From the sequence record NC_029103.1: DNA of 64,000 nucleotides; one strand, given 5' to 3'. Numbering within the stretch: the first letter of the stretch is position 1; each line of letters starts with the position of its first letter. The position numbers and the translations under genes are program-made. Of this stretch, positions 12,483 to 24,155 are shown piece by piece. The notes below the pieces were generated by a model. It was not told the DNA's origin, searched no databases, and saw only the letters and a program-made list of their open reading frames with translations.

Positions 12483-15400
12483 ATGAACAGCAGGAAGAAA
12501 GTACTGGTTGTTACCCTATTCCTGTTATTCTTAATTGAGATAACACCAACAATTGTCACTAATTCGCAAACACCACCTTCAGCTTCAGCATATGTTGGGA
12601 GCATTAGTGTGTCTTCAAACCCGTTCATCTTAAATACGACGTTACCAGCGATAAACCAACTAGGGTCTAATGTAAGGTTCTTCCAATACCCTAACTTGAC
12701 GGGACAGCTGTACGCATACGAACAACAACTACCGCAAACGATACCCACTGTGGATAGTGTCGAGTCTACGTCCTGGAAGGTATTACCATATTGGGAAAAT
12801 GGTGAACTGGTGATGAACGATACTGCAAATATTATTAATCAGTACATTGCATGGAGATATTCGCCAGTAAGCAACACCATTAATATTACCATCCACGTTA
12901 CATCATTCCCAAATAGTAGTAATACTGGTAATGCTGGCTTTGGTGTCTACTCACCTAACATAGGAGACCAATCAAATGATAATAATAATGGTTTCTATGC
13001 GTTAATAGTGGACTTCCACGGCAACACGATATGGTTCCATCCCCCAACATCTGGTTATGAAAAGCTTTACACTTCTTTACCTCAACCTAACCCCGACTTC
13101 CCATTTACCTTCAGTGCGATACTTACTGAAAACTCTGCGGGAAACATCACTGTGTCTACTGTGTACATCAACTCAACGGCTTACTCCGTAAATATAAACA
13201 CTCCTTTCCCGTGGAGCGAGATAGGTTACATTGGAATAAGACCAGGTGCTGGTAACTTATACTACGTCTCTTACTTCGGCGTCTCTCCAGCACCTTACGG
13301 CGGTGTCGAACAATTTGTGAACGACGTGGAGTCAACGTCATGGAAAGTATTACCATATTGGGAAAATGGTGAACTGGTGATAAACAGTACTGGAGCAAGT
13401 TATGGTGGTCAGTATATTGCCTGGAAATATTCACCAATATCAAACACAATCAACGTCACCATCCACGTGACGTCGTTCCCATCCAGAGGCGGTCAACCTG
13501 GTATTGTTGTCTACTCACCTAACATAGGAGACCAAACAACTGATGGTAATAGTGGCTTTTACGTGCTACTGGTGGACTTCTATGACAACACGATATGGTT
13601 CCACTCTCCAACATCTGGTTTCACACAGATTTACACTTCTCTGCCTCAGCCTAACCCCAACTACCCATTTACCTTCAGCGTCATCTTGACGGAGAACAGT
13701 ACTGGTTACATTACTGTGTCTACTGTGTACATCAACTCAACGGCTTACTCCGTAAATATAAACACTCCTTTCCCGTGGAGCCAGATAGGTTACGTGGGGA
13801 TAAGAGGCGATTTCGGAAGTGGTGGTAATAGCTTATTCTACGTCTCCTACTTCGGTATCACACAGCTGTTAGACGCATACTCTCTTGTTACTAACCTTGC
13901 CACGAACACACCTTACACTGGCACAGTTTACGTAGCAGTCTTCCCATACCCTATCAGCTACGACGTTTACGTATCACCAGCATCAGTTGTAAACTCTCAG
14001 TCCCCTCTCCCCATGTTCTCACCTTCATTTACTTCAACCACCACGCCCTACCCCGTGGTTTCGACTAACGCGAACTTCGGCGTCATAAATATATGGACTA
14101 CTTCGGGATCCGTTACGGCGAGTAGCGGTACAGTCATCCCTTCAATAGGTGCGTGGACTTCCGTCTCCCTCTCTACGAATACCGTCCCGAACTTCCTCGT
14201 TAACGGGACAGTAAAGAGCGGTAGTGTAAGCGGTAATACAATCACACTAAGCGGGTTGACTGGTACTTCAACTGTAGTATTTCCAGATAACTTCATACCT
14301 TCTTCAACGGCTGGAGTGACGACATACAACGCTACGTTTAACGAGATAAAGACTACGGCTTCTTCCCTAACTTTCACAGTCAACACACAAATGTTTGAAA
14401 GCGGTGTACCAGTGATAGGGGCAACTCTCGGTGAGAACTGGTATTACTACGGCTTCTACTCTACTGCGGGTAGTTACAACGTACCGTTATTCCTAACTAC
14501 GTTAGCTGTAGGGAACCAGATTTATGCGAATATTCCAATGGTTGAAAGTACAGGTTGGAGGGTCTACCCTTATTGGGAAAATGGTCAACTAGTGATAAAC
14601 AGTACTGGAGCAAGTACCTGGGGTCAGTATATAGCTTGGAGATATTCCCCAGTAAGTAACGTGATCAACATAACGATCCACGTGACGTCGTTCCCAGAAC
14701 AGTCTGGTGCCGCCAATACTGGTATTATCATAATGTCACCTAACATAGGAAACCAATTACGCGATGCTAGTTCTGGTATATACTGGTTATTAGTTGACTT
14801 CTACAGTGGCTACATATGGTTCATTTTTCCAGTACGTGGTATGATACAGCTTTACTCTTCACTGCCTCAACCCAACCCCAATTATCCCTTTACCTTCAGC
14901 GTCATTTTGACGGAGAATTCAGCGGGCAACGTCACAATACAGAGCGTATACATTAACGGCACGGCTTACACAGTGAACGTCAATACTCCGTTCCCGTGGA
15001 GCGAGATAGGTTATGTGGGAATAAGAGGTTTCACTGGTAGTAATAATGAACTTATTCTACGTNTCNTANTTCGNCGTCAACTCAATTCCNTTAGTCTCTT
15101 CCTCAGGCGTCACATCCTTTAACTTCTATTCGCCGTTCTCTCTCTCCTACACTATCACAAANACTTCGATCACAGTCCAAAACACACAGCTGGTTGANGG
15201 NGAAAANTACCTNACAATTCCAGGCACTAACGGTATCATAGGGGCGTCTTTCNCNTTTTATAATGTAACGTATAACGTCCCAGTCCTTGCAGTGTCTTCA
15301 TCTCCTNTATCCGTGACATATAACNCACAAACACTAACTNTNACAGTAATTTCNNCATCTCAGTCATTCCTAGTTTCGCCTTTCGGAGTACCNGAACAGA

Positions 15401-16164
15401 NTTATCAGTCCCTCACTGGTGGCGTAGTNATACTCCCTCAGTCTGAAAAAGTGACGTTCTACGCTAATTATCAACCTAACTTGGTNTCATCTTCTACAGT
15501 ATCGTCACCACCACCTCCACCGACCACTACNACTACGACTACNACGACGACCACNACNACCACCATTAACCCTAANCAAGNCANTGTTNTAATCAACGGT
15601 AGTGTNTANCTTACAGCACCNTGGNTAGTCCATTANTCAGTCCCTTCTGTAAACAGCAGTGTGACGGCGTACTTGATTTACAACTATTCCATAAATAAGC
15701 CCGAGTTGGTGCTTTCGTCTCCGACAAACGTTAATGTGAATGTCACATTTACTGCATCTAACGGCACAGTATTGCTATCTGAAAGTGTTGTATCTCCAAC
15801 CACGGTAACATTACCAATGACTACTGGAAACGTCACAGTAAAGACTACAAATTCTACTATTACCATACCCATCACTTATCAGCAGTTTAACGTTATCTCC
15901 CTGACTAATGCTATTGCGAATTCACCTTTTCTAGGAGCTACTGCAATCCTTACACTGTTCTTTGTGTCGTTCTTCATCGGCTTCGTGTTCAGGACAATAC
16001 CTAATAGCATGGCACTGGGGTCTGTTGTTTACATTACTGCAGTAGCACCTTTCCTCATCGCCATAGGTTTCCCGATGTCTATAGTATTACTAACAGTTGC
16101 ACTTGCGGTCGTTGCACTGATTTATTCTATCTGGGCATTGCGTTACACTAATGTCCAGAGCTAA
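12483..16164 (+). CDS. Surface adhesin: signal peptide, three ~180-aa beta-sandwich (lectin/ConA-like) repeats, Thr-rich stalk, C-terminal TM helices; pieces 12483..15122 and 15046..16164 probably one gene
   Basis: Repeated VEST.W.V.PYWENG.LV..IGY.GIR unit; many N-x-S/T sequons; break lies in an N-rich segment. Confidence 0.7.
12759..15075 (+). repeat. Three homologous coding repeats (12759-13280, 13326-13856, ~14541-15075)
   Basis: Near-identical DNA blocks, e.g. CCATATTGGGAAAATGGTGAACTGGTGAT and ACTCCTTTCCCGTGGAGC. Confidence 0.9.
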
Positions 16165-16282
16165 TTATGCCAGTCTGTCTAACTAGTTGGGTAGAACCTT
16201 CCATATTCAACGTACCAAATTCGTCGAAATGCATCCGAAAAGTTTTTTAACCACCAGCTCAAACATATGTTTGAGAGTAAAA

Positions 16283-16630
16283 ATGGCAGACAAATACTTC
16301 CCAAGAAAGGGAGATGTTGTAGGTGGTGCAAGAGACCTCTTAAAGGCAATCCTAGACGGGAAAATAACAAAATACCCTGACATAACGCTGAAAATCGCTG
16401 GAATCGAAGCTAACGCTACCAGAGACGGATATCCACAAGTAAAAGCAATCCTTCATAAAGTTGTAGAAGCGATAAGAGAAGCAGTAGAACAAGCTAGCTT
16501 AAAGAGGAGGGGTATGGGGTTCGAGGAAGTCGAAATCCCACCTGAAGTCCAACAGCAATACTTACCTGCAGTGCAGGAAGCATACAACTTGCTATCATCC
16601 ATGAACGCGGGACAAATGGTTAACGTTTAA
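16283..16630 (+). CDS. ATV p131/p145-family structural protein
   Basis: KGDVVGGARDLL..YPDITLKIAGIEANA matches the recalled p131 N-terminus; start moved from 16187 to the ATG after the TATA and palindrome. Confidence 0.8.
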   Translation: MADKYFPRKGDVVGGARDLLKAILDGKITKYPDITLKIAGIEANATRDGYPQVKAILHKVVEAIREAVEQASLKRRGMGFEEVEIPPEVQQQYLPAVQEAYNLLSSMNAGQMVNV

Positions 16631-16675
16631 GCCAAACCTTCCTTTTTTAAATTCTAATTTTCCAAAGTATATATT

Positions 16676-17173
16676 ATGAAACTTTCTGAAAAACTAAGTT
16701 CTATCCTTTCTTCTTCCGATGCAAATTCTATTTTGTATGCATTTGCCGACCTCACTACGTTTCTGGAACAACAAGTTTCTGAGCTTGATGTAGCTGAGAA
16801 TAATATAATTTTTAATGAGCTGAAACGAGTAGCGGAGACCGTTCTCCAGAACTACATAAAGCTTGGGTTTGACCTCGGAGATGCGAAGAACACTAGGGAA
16901 CTATTGATAAAGGTTAACGACATCATTAATTCGAATGTTGATGACATTCTTCAATTAGAACTCCGACCGACAGCTTATGGTGTTGAACAGGAAATTAACA
17001 TGTTGAAGATATCGATACTGAAAGAAATTATAACACAATTCGCTAACGTATTCGGACTGACGAAAGAACCTATAGCCGTACCTTTACTTTACGCAGGTGG
17101 GCAAAGAAACGATGAAGAAGTTAGGAGGCTTAGGGAATTATTCGAAAAGGAAAAAATCACGTTTAGTTATTAG
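16676..17173 (+). CDS. Hypothetical helical protein
   Basis: 165-aa ORF downstream of the p131-like gene. Confidence 0.65.
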   Translation: MKLSEKLSSILSSSDANSILYAFADLTTFLEQQVSELDVAENNIIFNELKRVAETVLQNYIKLGFDLGDAKNTRELLIKVNDIINSNVDDILQLELRPTAYGVEQEINMLKISILKEIITQFANVFGLTKEPIAVPLLYAGGQRNDEEVRRLRELFEKEKITFSY

Positions 17174-18662
17174 ACGAAGTTGCTGTATGTCCCGTTGCTG
17201 TTATATACGTTACCCGGATAATACTGACCTAAAACAGCTGGTAGAGCCGGTATAGTCCCAGAAGTTTTGACTAACTTACCTAGTTTAGACGCACTCTGGC
17301 TTTGAGGTGCTAAACCATTACTAACAAGAGTATTATATATTTGTAGTAGTTGGGATAATTGTTGTGTGTTTACTTCTTCCTGCTTATGATTACTTATTTT
17401 GTAGTACGCGTCTCTGATATCGCTAAGTAAACGCTCAACAGCAGTAGATAACGGAGTTCCATTGGGTATGTCGTACATTTGGTACAATTGAGTTACAGCA
17501 GTAACTAATGGGATCATGCTAGGAGGTATTTCTGCTATTTCCGATTGTAGTGAGCTTAAGTCACCTGCCTTTATCTGGGCTAACACTTGACTCTGAGATA
17601 TTATTGAAGACAACACAGATGTTTGGGGGCATGTAGTTGAAGTTGAGCTGGTCGGTGTAGTTGTTGTAGTACTAGCTGAGGATGAGGCAGAACTACTGCT
17701 CTGTGAGCTGGATGATGGTGATGGAGTAGAACTAGATGGAGTAGATGGAGGAGAAGAACTGGTTGATGATGTTGAGGAAGACGAAGGAGTAGAGCTTTGT
17801 GAGCTAGTATTTTGACTAGCTGGCGTAGATGTTTGAGTATTAGTTGATGGCGATGGAGTAGAACTCTGTGAGCTGGATGATGGAGATGATGAGGCAGAAC
17901 TACTGCTCTGTGAGCTGGATGATGGTGATGGAGTAGAACTCTGACTCTGTGAACTGGTAGATGAAGATATTCCTTGTAATATCTGCTGTGGTGAGGTAGG
18001 TTCGTCCCCTAAGCCGGCTTGATTAAAGACTATTGTCTGGACGGAAGATTGCAAAAGCACTTGTGCAACAGTCATATAGAAAGCTGGTATTTCTATCTCA
18101 ACATCATCAGAACCCGGTGGTATTATAGATGTAATATCAACGTATTGGTTCGGTGCTAATGTATACGATGCTAATACGTTTCCAGTATTAGGATCAAGAA
18201 CTTTGAAAACGAGCGTGCTTGGATACAGGTTTAGCAGATACACTTCTCCCGTTGAAGATGAAGGAGTAGATGACGATGTACTAGAGGATGAGGCAGAACT
18301 ACTGCTCTGTGAGCTGGATGATGGCGATGGAGTAGAACTAGACTGTGTCGGCGTACTGGTTGATGTAGAACTCTGTGAACCACCTTGTAATATCTGCTGT
18401 GGCGAGGTAGGTTGATCACCTAAGCCGGTTTGACTAAAGTATATACGTTTGAACGGAAGATTGTAAAAGTACCTTGTGCAACAGTCATATTGAAACTGGG
18501 TATTACTATCTCAACATCAGTGGACTGTGGTGATATGTCGGATGAAATATCAACATACTGGTTTGGTGCTAGTGTATATGTGTATGTGTTCCCTGTAGTA
18601 GGATCAACTACTTGGAAAGTGAGTGTTTGCGGATACAGGTTTAGCAGATACACTTCTCCCAT
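17170..18662 (-). CDS. Protein with a duplicated ~90-aa N-terminal domain and Ser/Thr-rich linkers; pieces 18420..18662 and 17170..18243 probably one gene
   Basis: GEVYLLNLYP..LAPNQYVDI..QQILQG occurs twice; aligning the copies shows two extra bases near 18440-18475 causing the frameshift. Confidence 0.7.
17681..18339. repeat. Three ~52-bp repeats encoding STPSPSSSSQSSSSASS (17681, 17888, 18287)
   Basis: GATGAGGCAGAACTACTGCTCTGTGAGCTGGATGATGG(T/C)GATGGAGTAGAACT. Confidence 0.9.
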
Positions 18663-18839
18663 TTTTACTCACTAAAACATATGTTTGAAATGAATAAAAG
18701 CCTTTTCTGGTCTCATGGGAGGTCAAAATTTCTTTTATATTCAGATTTGGATTGAACTTTTTTCTAATACATGTTTCAGAAATATTTTCAAAATTTTCTA
18801 AAAATCTGAAGAACATCTTGAAGGCATCGAAAATTTCCC

Positions 18840-19571
18840 CTAAAATAGCCTTTGTTGAAACACTAATCCTTCTTTAAGCAGTCTGTTTTTAGTAATTTCG
18901 CAATATTTAGCATTGATCTCTACTCCTATTGCTCTTCTATTAAACGAGCTTGTTGCTACTAATGTAGTCCCGCTACCTACGAATGGATCTAGAATTAAAT
19001 CATTTTCATAGCTGAATAATTTTNTACACCTTTTAGGTAATTCCAATGGGAACGGAGCTGGGTGATTTACTTTCCTTCTATTTTCTCCATTAAAAGTCCA
19101 AAGTCCGTTAGTCCATTCTATGAATTCATTTCGTGTTATATCTGACTTTCCCGAGTGGATCTTCTTCCATCTCCCTTTATAAAGTATGACTATTACTTCT
19201 ACTGGTGCAATAACATAAGGGGCTGAAGCACTCATGAATGAACCCCATGCGGTTCTTCTTGAAATATTACCCTCGTTCCATATTATTGTTGAAAAGTATT
19301 TCCAACCAACCTCTTTTGCAATATGTGTTATATCAACGTAAACACTTTGGAACCCTTCTTCTTGTCTACCCTTGCTTTTATCCAGGGGAACATTCAAGCA
19401 CATTCTTCCATCTTCCTTTACATCTTCAAGTGCTTTCTCTAACCATTTTCTTGTGAATTCGAGATATTTGTCATAAGGAATATTATCGTCGTAATTCTCA
19501 TAATTAATATCAACATTATATGGCGGGGAGGTGATTATCAGATCGGCTTTTTCATCTAACTTAACTTCCAA
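18840..19571 (-). CDS. Orphan beta-class N4-cytosine/N6-adenine DNA methyltransferase
   Basis: Motif IV TSPPY N-terminal, HPAPFP, motif I DPFVGSGTT C-terminal; real start probably ~50 nt upstream in an N-broken segment. Confidence 0.9.
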   Translation of the reverse strand: MEVKLDEKADLIITSPPYNVDINYENYDDNIPYDKYLEFTRKWLEKALEDVKEDGRMCLNVPLDKSKGRQEEGFQSVYVDITHIAKEVGWKYFSTIIWNEGNISRRTAWGSFMSASAPYVIAPVEVIVILYKGRWKKIHSGKSDITRNEFIEWTNGLWTFNGENRRKVNHPAPFPLELPKRCXKLFSYENDLILDPFVGSGTTLVATSSFNRRAIGVEINAKYCEITKNRLLKEGLVFQQRLF

Positions 19572-19731
19572 ATAATCATCATTATAGATTTTTNNTTTAT
19601 TATCTGGAGTTAGAATAGTAGAGTGTCACCTAATATCCCATCAAATAATTGAGTAATCCTAAGTTTAAAAGAATCGCTCTTCTCTAATGGACGATTCAAG
19701 ACTCCTTTGCGAATTGTCACTTGTTCAGATG

Positions 19732-22022
19732 TTAAAACCTCTTGAATATAAACCCTAGTATTATGGCACCGATAGCGAAAGGTAGTACTATATAGTCAGC
19801 AAATAGTAGACCTATGGAGAGTGTAGCGAAACTAAGGAACAGTGTAGAAGACCAAAGTTGAGAAGAATAACGATAAGAAGCTACCGCTATTGCCAGAAAA
19901 CTATAGTATGTTATAATNCCTATTAGTTGGTTGTTCGTTGTATGCGTATTAGTTATAAATGAAGCTCCACTACTACCGTTATACTTTGTAACAGTCACGT
20001 TAGTAACATTCAATGACGCTACTTGGACTGGTTTTACCGGTAACGGTGAGGTGGAAATTGTTACCGTCCTAGTGGATTCCGATACTNTAACGACTACTTG
20101 TAGGTTCGTTGGTAAGTTTGTCGGGTAGTAGTTACTGGATATGATAAGTTGTGATTCTATGCTCCCATATTGCATAATAAGGTTATACCCGGTGAAGCCT
20201 ACTAGTGTTAGGGAAGACGATGAGTTTGGTAGTTTAGTTTGGTAGATNGCATTATTATTATTGACTATTGCTTCTCCCGGGGCTGTCGTTAGGCTAAGTA
20301 CGGAAGACTGTAATGGTGAAGGCAAACCTGTTGTAATTGATACGATACCCGTAGTTTCGTAATACAGACCAGAAGACAGTGTTATACCGATGCTTGATAC
20401 AGATAGCGGTATTGTGCCATTATAATTAATATAAGGAACTATACCGGTTGACGCAACCGCATTTGGCATAGGTGTTATGAATGTGTAAAAAGACCCTGGG
20501 TAAGTAATAGAAACCTATGAGATAGAACGTATTGCCTATGTCTGCATAACCTACCGCAACATCAGCTGGAAAACTTCGGGCTATNTATCAGCTTTGTNAC
20601 AGCTGTTTGAGAGTTNTAAACNTATACNCCTGTCGTATTTTACTATCAGACCGGCTTTGTGACAAAAAGTCNAGNAAANCCNACNAGCATGTTGTAATTG
20701 ACTTGTGTGTTTGTTAGCGATGGTTGGACTGATATGCCTACCACATTCCGTCCATAAACTTTCAGATCAACTAAATTCAAGCCTCCTACCGTGTTTANCG
20801 TATTCCCGCTCGCGGTAACAGTATATGTGGAGCCGTTTGCATACTTAACCGAAATTACACTACCTACCGGTATATCGTCAAAGTAAATGTAACTGGAAGA
20901 CGAGTTATAGGGTAAAATATACATGGACACATGGTTTAAGTCAAGCTTCAAGTCGCTTGCTTGCACCGGTAAAGAGTACCANTTNCTNTCGTTNTACACT
21001 AGGATATTAGAACCGTTAAGTAACGTCGGGTTAAAGAAGTATACCGGGTTTTCTAACAATACGGAATTAGTACCGTATGATGCACTTTGGGATACCGCAA
21101 AAGTACCGTTAAACGTAACGGATGAGGGGGCTACAGTCTGCGGTGCTAAATATTCAGTAGAAGGGTACTGTAAAGACACTGGTGACCCGAACACCATCCC
21201 GTACATAGATGACTGTGGCAAGGTCACTTGGGCAATTTCTTCGTTNGGCATGCCTGCCACNTNNGCGTTATACGTNAATTGAGAGCCTGAAATNGNGAAC
21301 TGTGAGTTTTNNACATAATCATCGGAAGCCATAACCCANGTNGTAGANCCGAAAGGAAACGCCGTGTATGAGGGGATTGTNTGTNAGNNGGAATANGAGA
21401 AAAGGCTTANNGTAACTATGCTACCTGNAGGNACTGAGCCGGAATATANAGATCCAGATGTCGTTTCAACACCTGAAGGTGNNGTTANAACNGCTGNAGA
21501 NTGNAAGTTGTAAAGTATAACTGCAGATGTNTAACGNAACGCNGTNGTNGTAAAAGTCACAAGGCTNTTTTGCCCGTTNANNACNAGNGAACCACCAAGN
21601 ANNGAAACNNCTGATACGTTGAAGATTGACGTGTTNAGATAATAGAACTGAGTGTAAAAACTAAACACNCCNGTNGTTACGGCAGTAGCNTGAGTANTTC
21701 CACCATAAACGAAATAATAGGTTTGCGATGAAGGAGCAGGCTCGTACCATACCAGCAACGGTGGCGTTTCTGAGAACAGATACGAATATTCGTAGTAACC
21801 CAGGGAGTTTGATACGTAATAATTTTGACCGAACACTTGGGTCTGTTGCGGGAGCGGAGAAATGTAAATTAGACCTTGTGAAATGTTCGCGTTTACGTTA
21901 ACTGAGATAGGTACTTCTTCTTGGATAAGGCTAGCTTTTGTTGTTAACAGGAAAAACGGTAAGAGGAAGAAAAATAAATATAGCAAGATCAGGAATATGG
22001 TCTTTCTTCTGATAACTCTCAT
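19732..22022 (-). CDS. Secreted beta-rich glycoprotein with C-terminal TM helices; pieces 20646..22022 and 19732..20469 probably one gene
   Basis: N-terminal signal peptide, many sequons, C-terminal hydrophobic helices; break in N-rich region. Confidence 0.6.
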
Positions 22023-22100
22023 GATTAAAACATATGTTTTAAGGATTTAAATTTCTGACCTCCTCCCCGTCCTGAAGGGCGAGGCTTGTCGTTCATTTTG

Positions 22101-22568
22101 TCAATAGTTTTCCAAGACGTAAGGAGATGCTGTGTACTGTAGATTATTGGTGACCTGAACGGACTGGGAACTGACTATTTTTGGCAGAACTTGTGCAAGC
22201 TGTACGTATACTTGCAACGCCTTTACTATCTCTGGTTCAACATTATACATTGACGCGATAGAATTTAGTACGTCCGGTTGGATTTGTTCTGCGATTTGAC
22301 TAGCCTTTGTCACTAGTGCCACAGGGTTATATTGAGTTTGCTGGACTAGGCTTGGTATTTTCTTGTACTGAACTCCAAAGTAATTTGCAACTTTTTGTGG
22401 AGAAACAGGAGTAAACGGCTCGTTAAGGTACTGTGTAGAGATTTGATTAAGATTGTAATATTGCGGGAGTTGATTAATTGTATATATTAAGTTTAGTATT
22501 TTCGCTATAGCTTGAGCATATTCTTCAAAGGAGAGGGGCTTCTTCCCTTTGTTGCTTTCACTCATCAA
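22101..22568 (-). CDS. Hypothetical Gln-rich protein
   Basis: 155-aa ORF with palindrome/TATA promoter. Confidence 0.7.
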   Translation of the reverse strand: MMSESNKGKKPLSFEEYAQAIAKILNLIYTINQLPQYYNLNQISTQYLNEPFTPVSPQKVANYFGVQYKKIPSLVQQTQYNPVALVTKASQIAEQIQPDVLNSIASMYNVEPEIVKALQVYVQLAQVLPKIVSSQSVQVTNNLQYTASPYVLENY

Positions 22569-22643
22569 ATATATCTCTCAAACAGCTGTTTAAAAAATTA
22601 TTAGCCGACTCCTCCCCTAGAAAGGGAAAAGGAGAAAGAACTC

Positions 22644-24155
22644 TTAGATTGCCATAACAATCATTTTCTCCAACACATCCATAATCTTTCTAAAGTCCAT
22701 CTCTCTGTACAGCTCATTCAGAGCTTTTTGCATGTCCAACTTTAGCCCGTAAAACGTGTTCACCGTGTACAATATTTTTTTCAAAATGTCCGTCTCAGTT
22801 GCAGGTAACTGTGTTACATCAACTCTAGGTAGGAGCTTCAGTGTTTGCACTTGTAACGCAGAACTATCAAAACTCGTTATTACAACAAAACTGACGTTGT
22901 CCTCCTCCAGTAGACGTTCAATTAACAGTTGTTTGTTGATGTTGAGGTTGCCGTGCAAATGAATTATACCGACGGGTTTATTTTCCTGCTTGAGCAACGT
23001 AATAACGTCGTCACTCCCGTACCTCAGCGTGGTGGATTCTTGTAGATCTATAAGGTAAACTGGTCTACTCTCAATCGTAAGGAAATAACTCGCTACTACT
23101 GCAGTCATGGTATATAACGCTCCTTCGCATAACATTTTCACGTTCTTGTTTTTGATATCAAAACGCCTGAGCTGGGGTAATTTCGTTATGTCCAAGATAC
23201 TTTCCTTATCTTGTAATTCGAACGGCACGAGTCTCCTCGGGAAATTACTTTTTGCTTTGAGGAAAGAGATAGTCCCAGTCTGTATTATGGTTCTGAACTC
23301 GGCTATGGAAATGCCGGTAGCAGATGCGTAAAACGATAGTTTCTGTACATCATATTCCTTGTCCTCAATTTTGAAAGTCCTTTGTGTAGTTATCCTCCTG
23401 GCTATATACTCATAAACTGTCTGTGAGTAGGGAGGGAAGTAAATTTTCCAGGGAAACCTCCTAAGCATTGCGTCGTCCATGTCATTTATTGAAGCGTTAG
23501 TAGTGAGAGCGAGGATTGAAGGGTATCGTGAATCGGCGAATTCCTGTAATTTTTCCAGTAGTATGTTCTTCATGTTGTCCTCTACTAGTTTTTCGGCTTC
23601 ACCACCTCCACCTCTTTTCAACAGAAACCTTTCTCCCTCGTCAAACACTATAATTGCCGGTTTCTCGGAAAACAGTTGTTTGTTTATAAAGTCGTTTAGC
23701 AACTGGTAGGGTTCACCAACGTACTTTGACATGAAATCGGTAGGTTGCTTGACAATCGCCTTCAACCCGAGAATCCTAGTAAGCAGTTTTGTGGCGATGA
23801 ATGATTTACCGGTACCGGGGACGCCGTACAACAAGATACCTCCGTGCAAAGTCCCCTCACTTAAGTACGTTGATATAAGCTCCTTCAGTTTATTCCAAAC
23901 CTCTACTGGTAACACTAGAAAGTCTTCTCCCATATCTATTACTACATAATTGTCGTCCTTCACCTGTTCTCCGTTCTCTCTCTTGAATTTTAGTCTGCTT
24001 ATTTTCGGCAAAGGATGTTCGACGTAAATAAACTGTGTGTATTGAGATGAGAAGATACAGCCCGGTGGGTATGCAAAACGTATGTTTGTGATGTCTGCGT
24101 TCACTACGTCGCCATCGCGTGGCTTATATGAACTTGCAACGACTTCACATATCAT
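22644..24155 (-). CDS. AAA+ ATPase (CDC48-like, ATV p529-type)
   Basis: Walker A GVPGTGKS, Walker B IIVFDE, LTTN sensor, DDAMLRRF arginine finger. Confidence 0.9.
   Translation of the reverse strand: MICEVVASSYKPRDGDVVNADITNIRFAYPPGCIFSSQYTQFIYVEHPLPKISRLKFKRENGEQVKDDNYVVIDMGEDFLVLPVEVWNKLKELISTYLSEGTLHGGILLYGVPGTGKSFIATKLLTRILGLKAIVKQPTDFMSKYVGEPYQLLNDFINKQLFSEKPAIIVFDEGERFLLKRGGGGEAEKLVEDNMKNILLEKLQEFADSRYPSILALTTNASINDMDDAMLRRFPWKIYFPPYSQTVYEYIARRITTQRTFKIEDKEYDVQKLSFYASATGISIAEFRTIIQTGTISFLKAKSNFPRRLVPFELQDKESILDITKLPQLRRFDIKNKNVKMLCEGALYTMTAVVASYFLTIESRPVYLIDLQESTTLRYGSDDVITLLKQENKPVGIIHLHGNLNINKQLLIERLLEEDNVSFVVITSFDSSALQVQTLKLLPRVDVTQLPATETDILKKILYTVNTFYGLKLDMQKALNELYREMDFRKIMDVLEKMIVMAI

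Noticed and set aside
12759-15075. Diversity-generating retroelement acting on the adhesin repeats
   Set aside because: No reverse transcriptase in the window; differences include indels and are not adenine-specific
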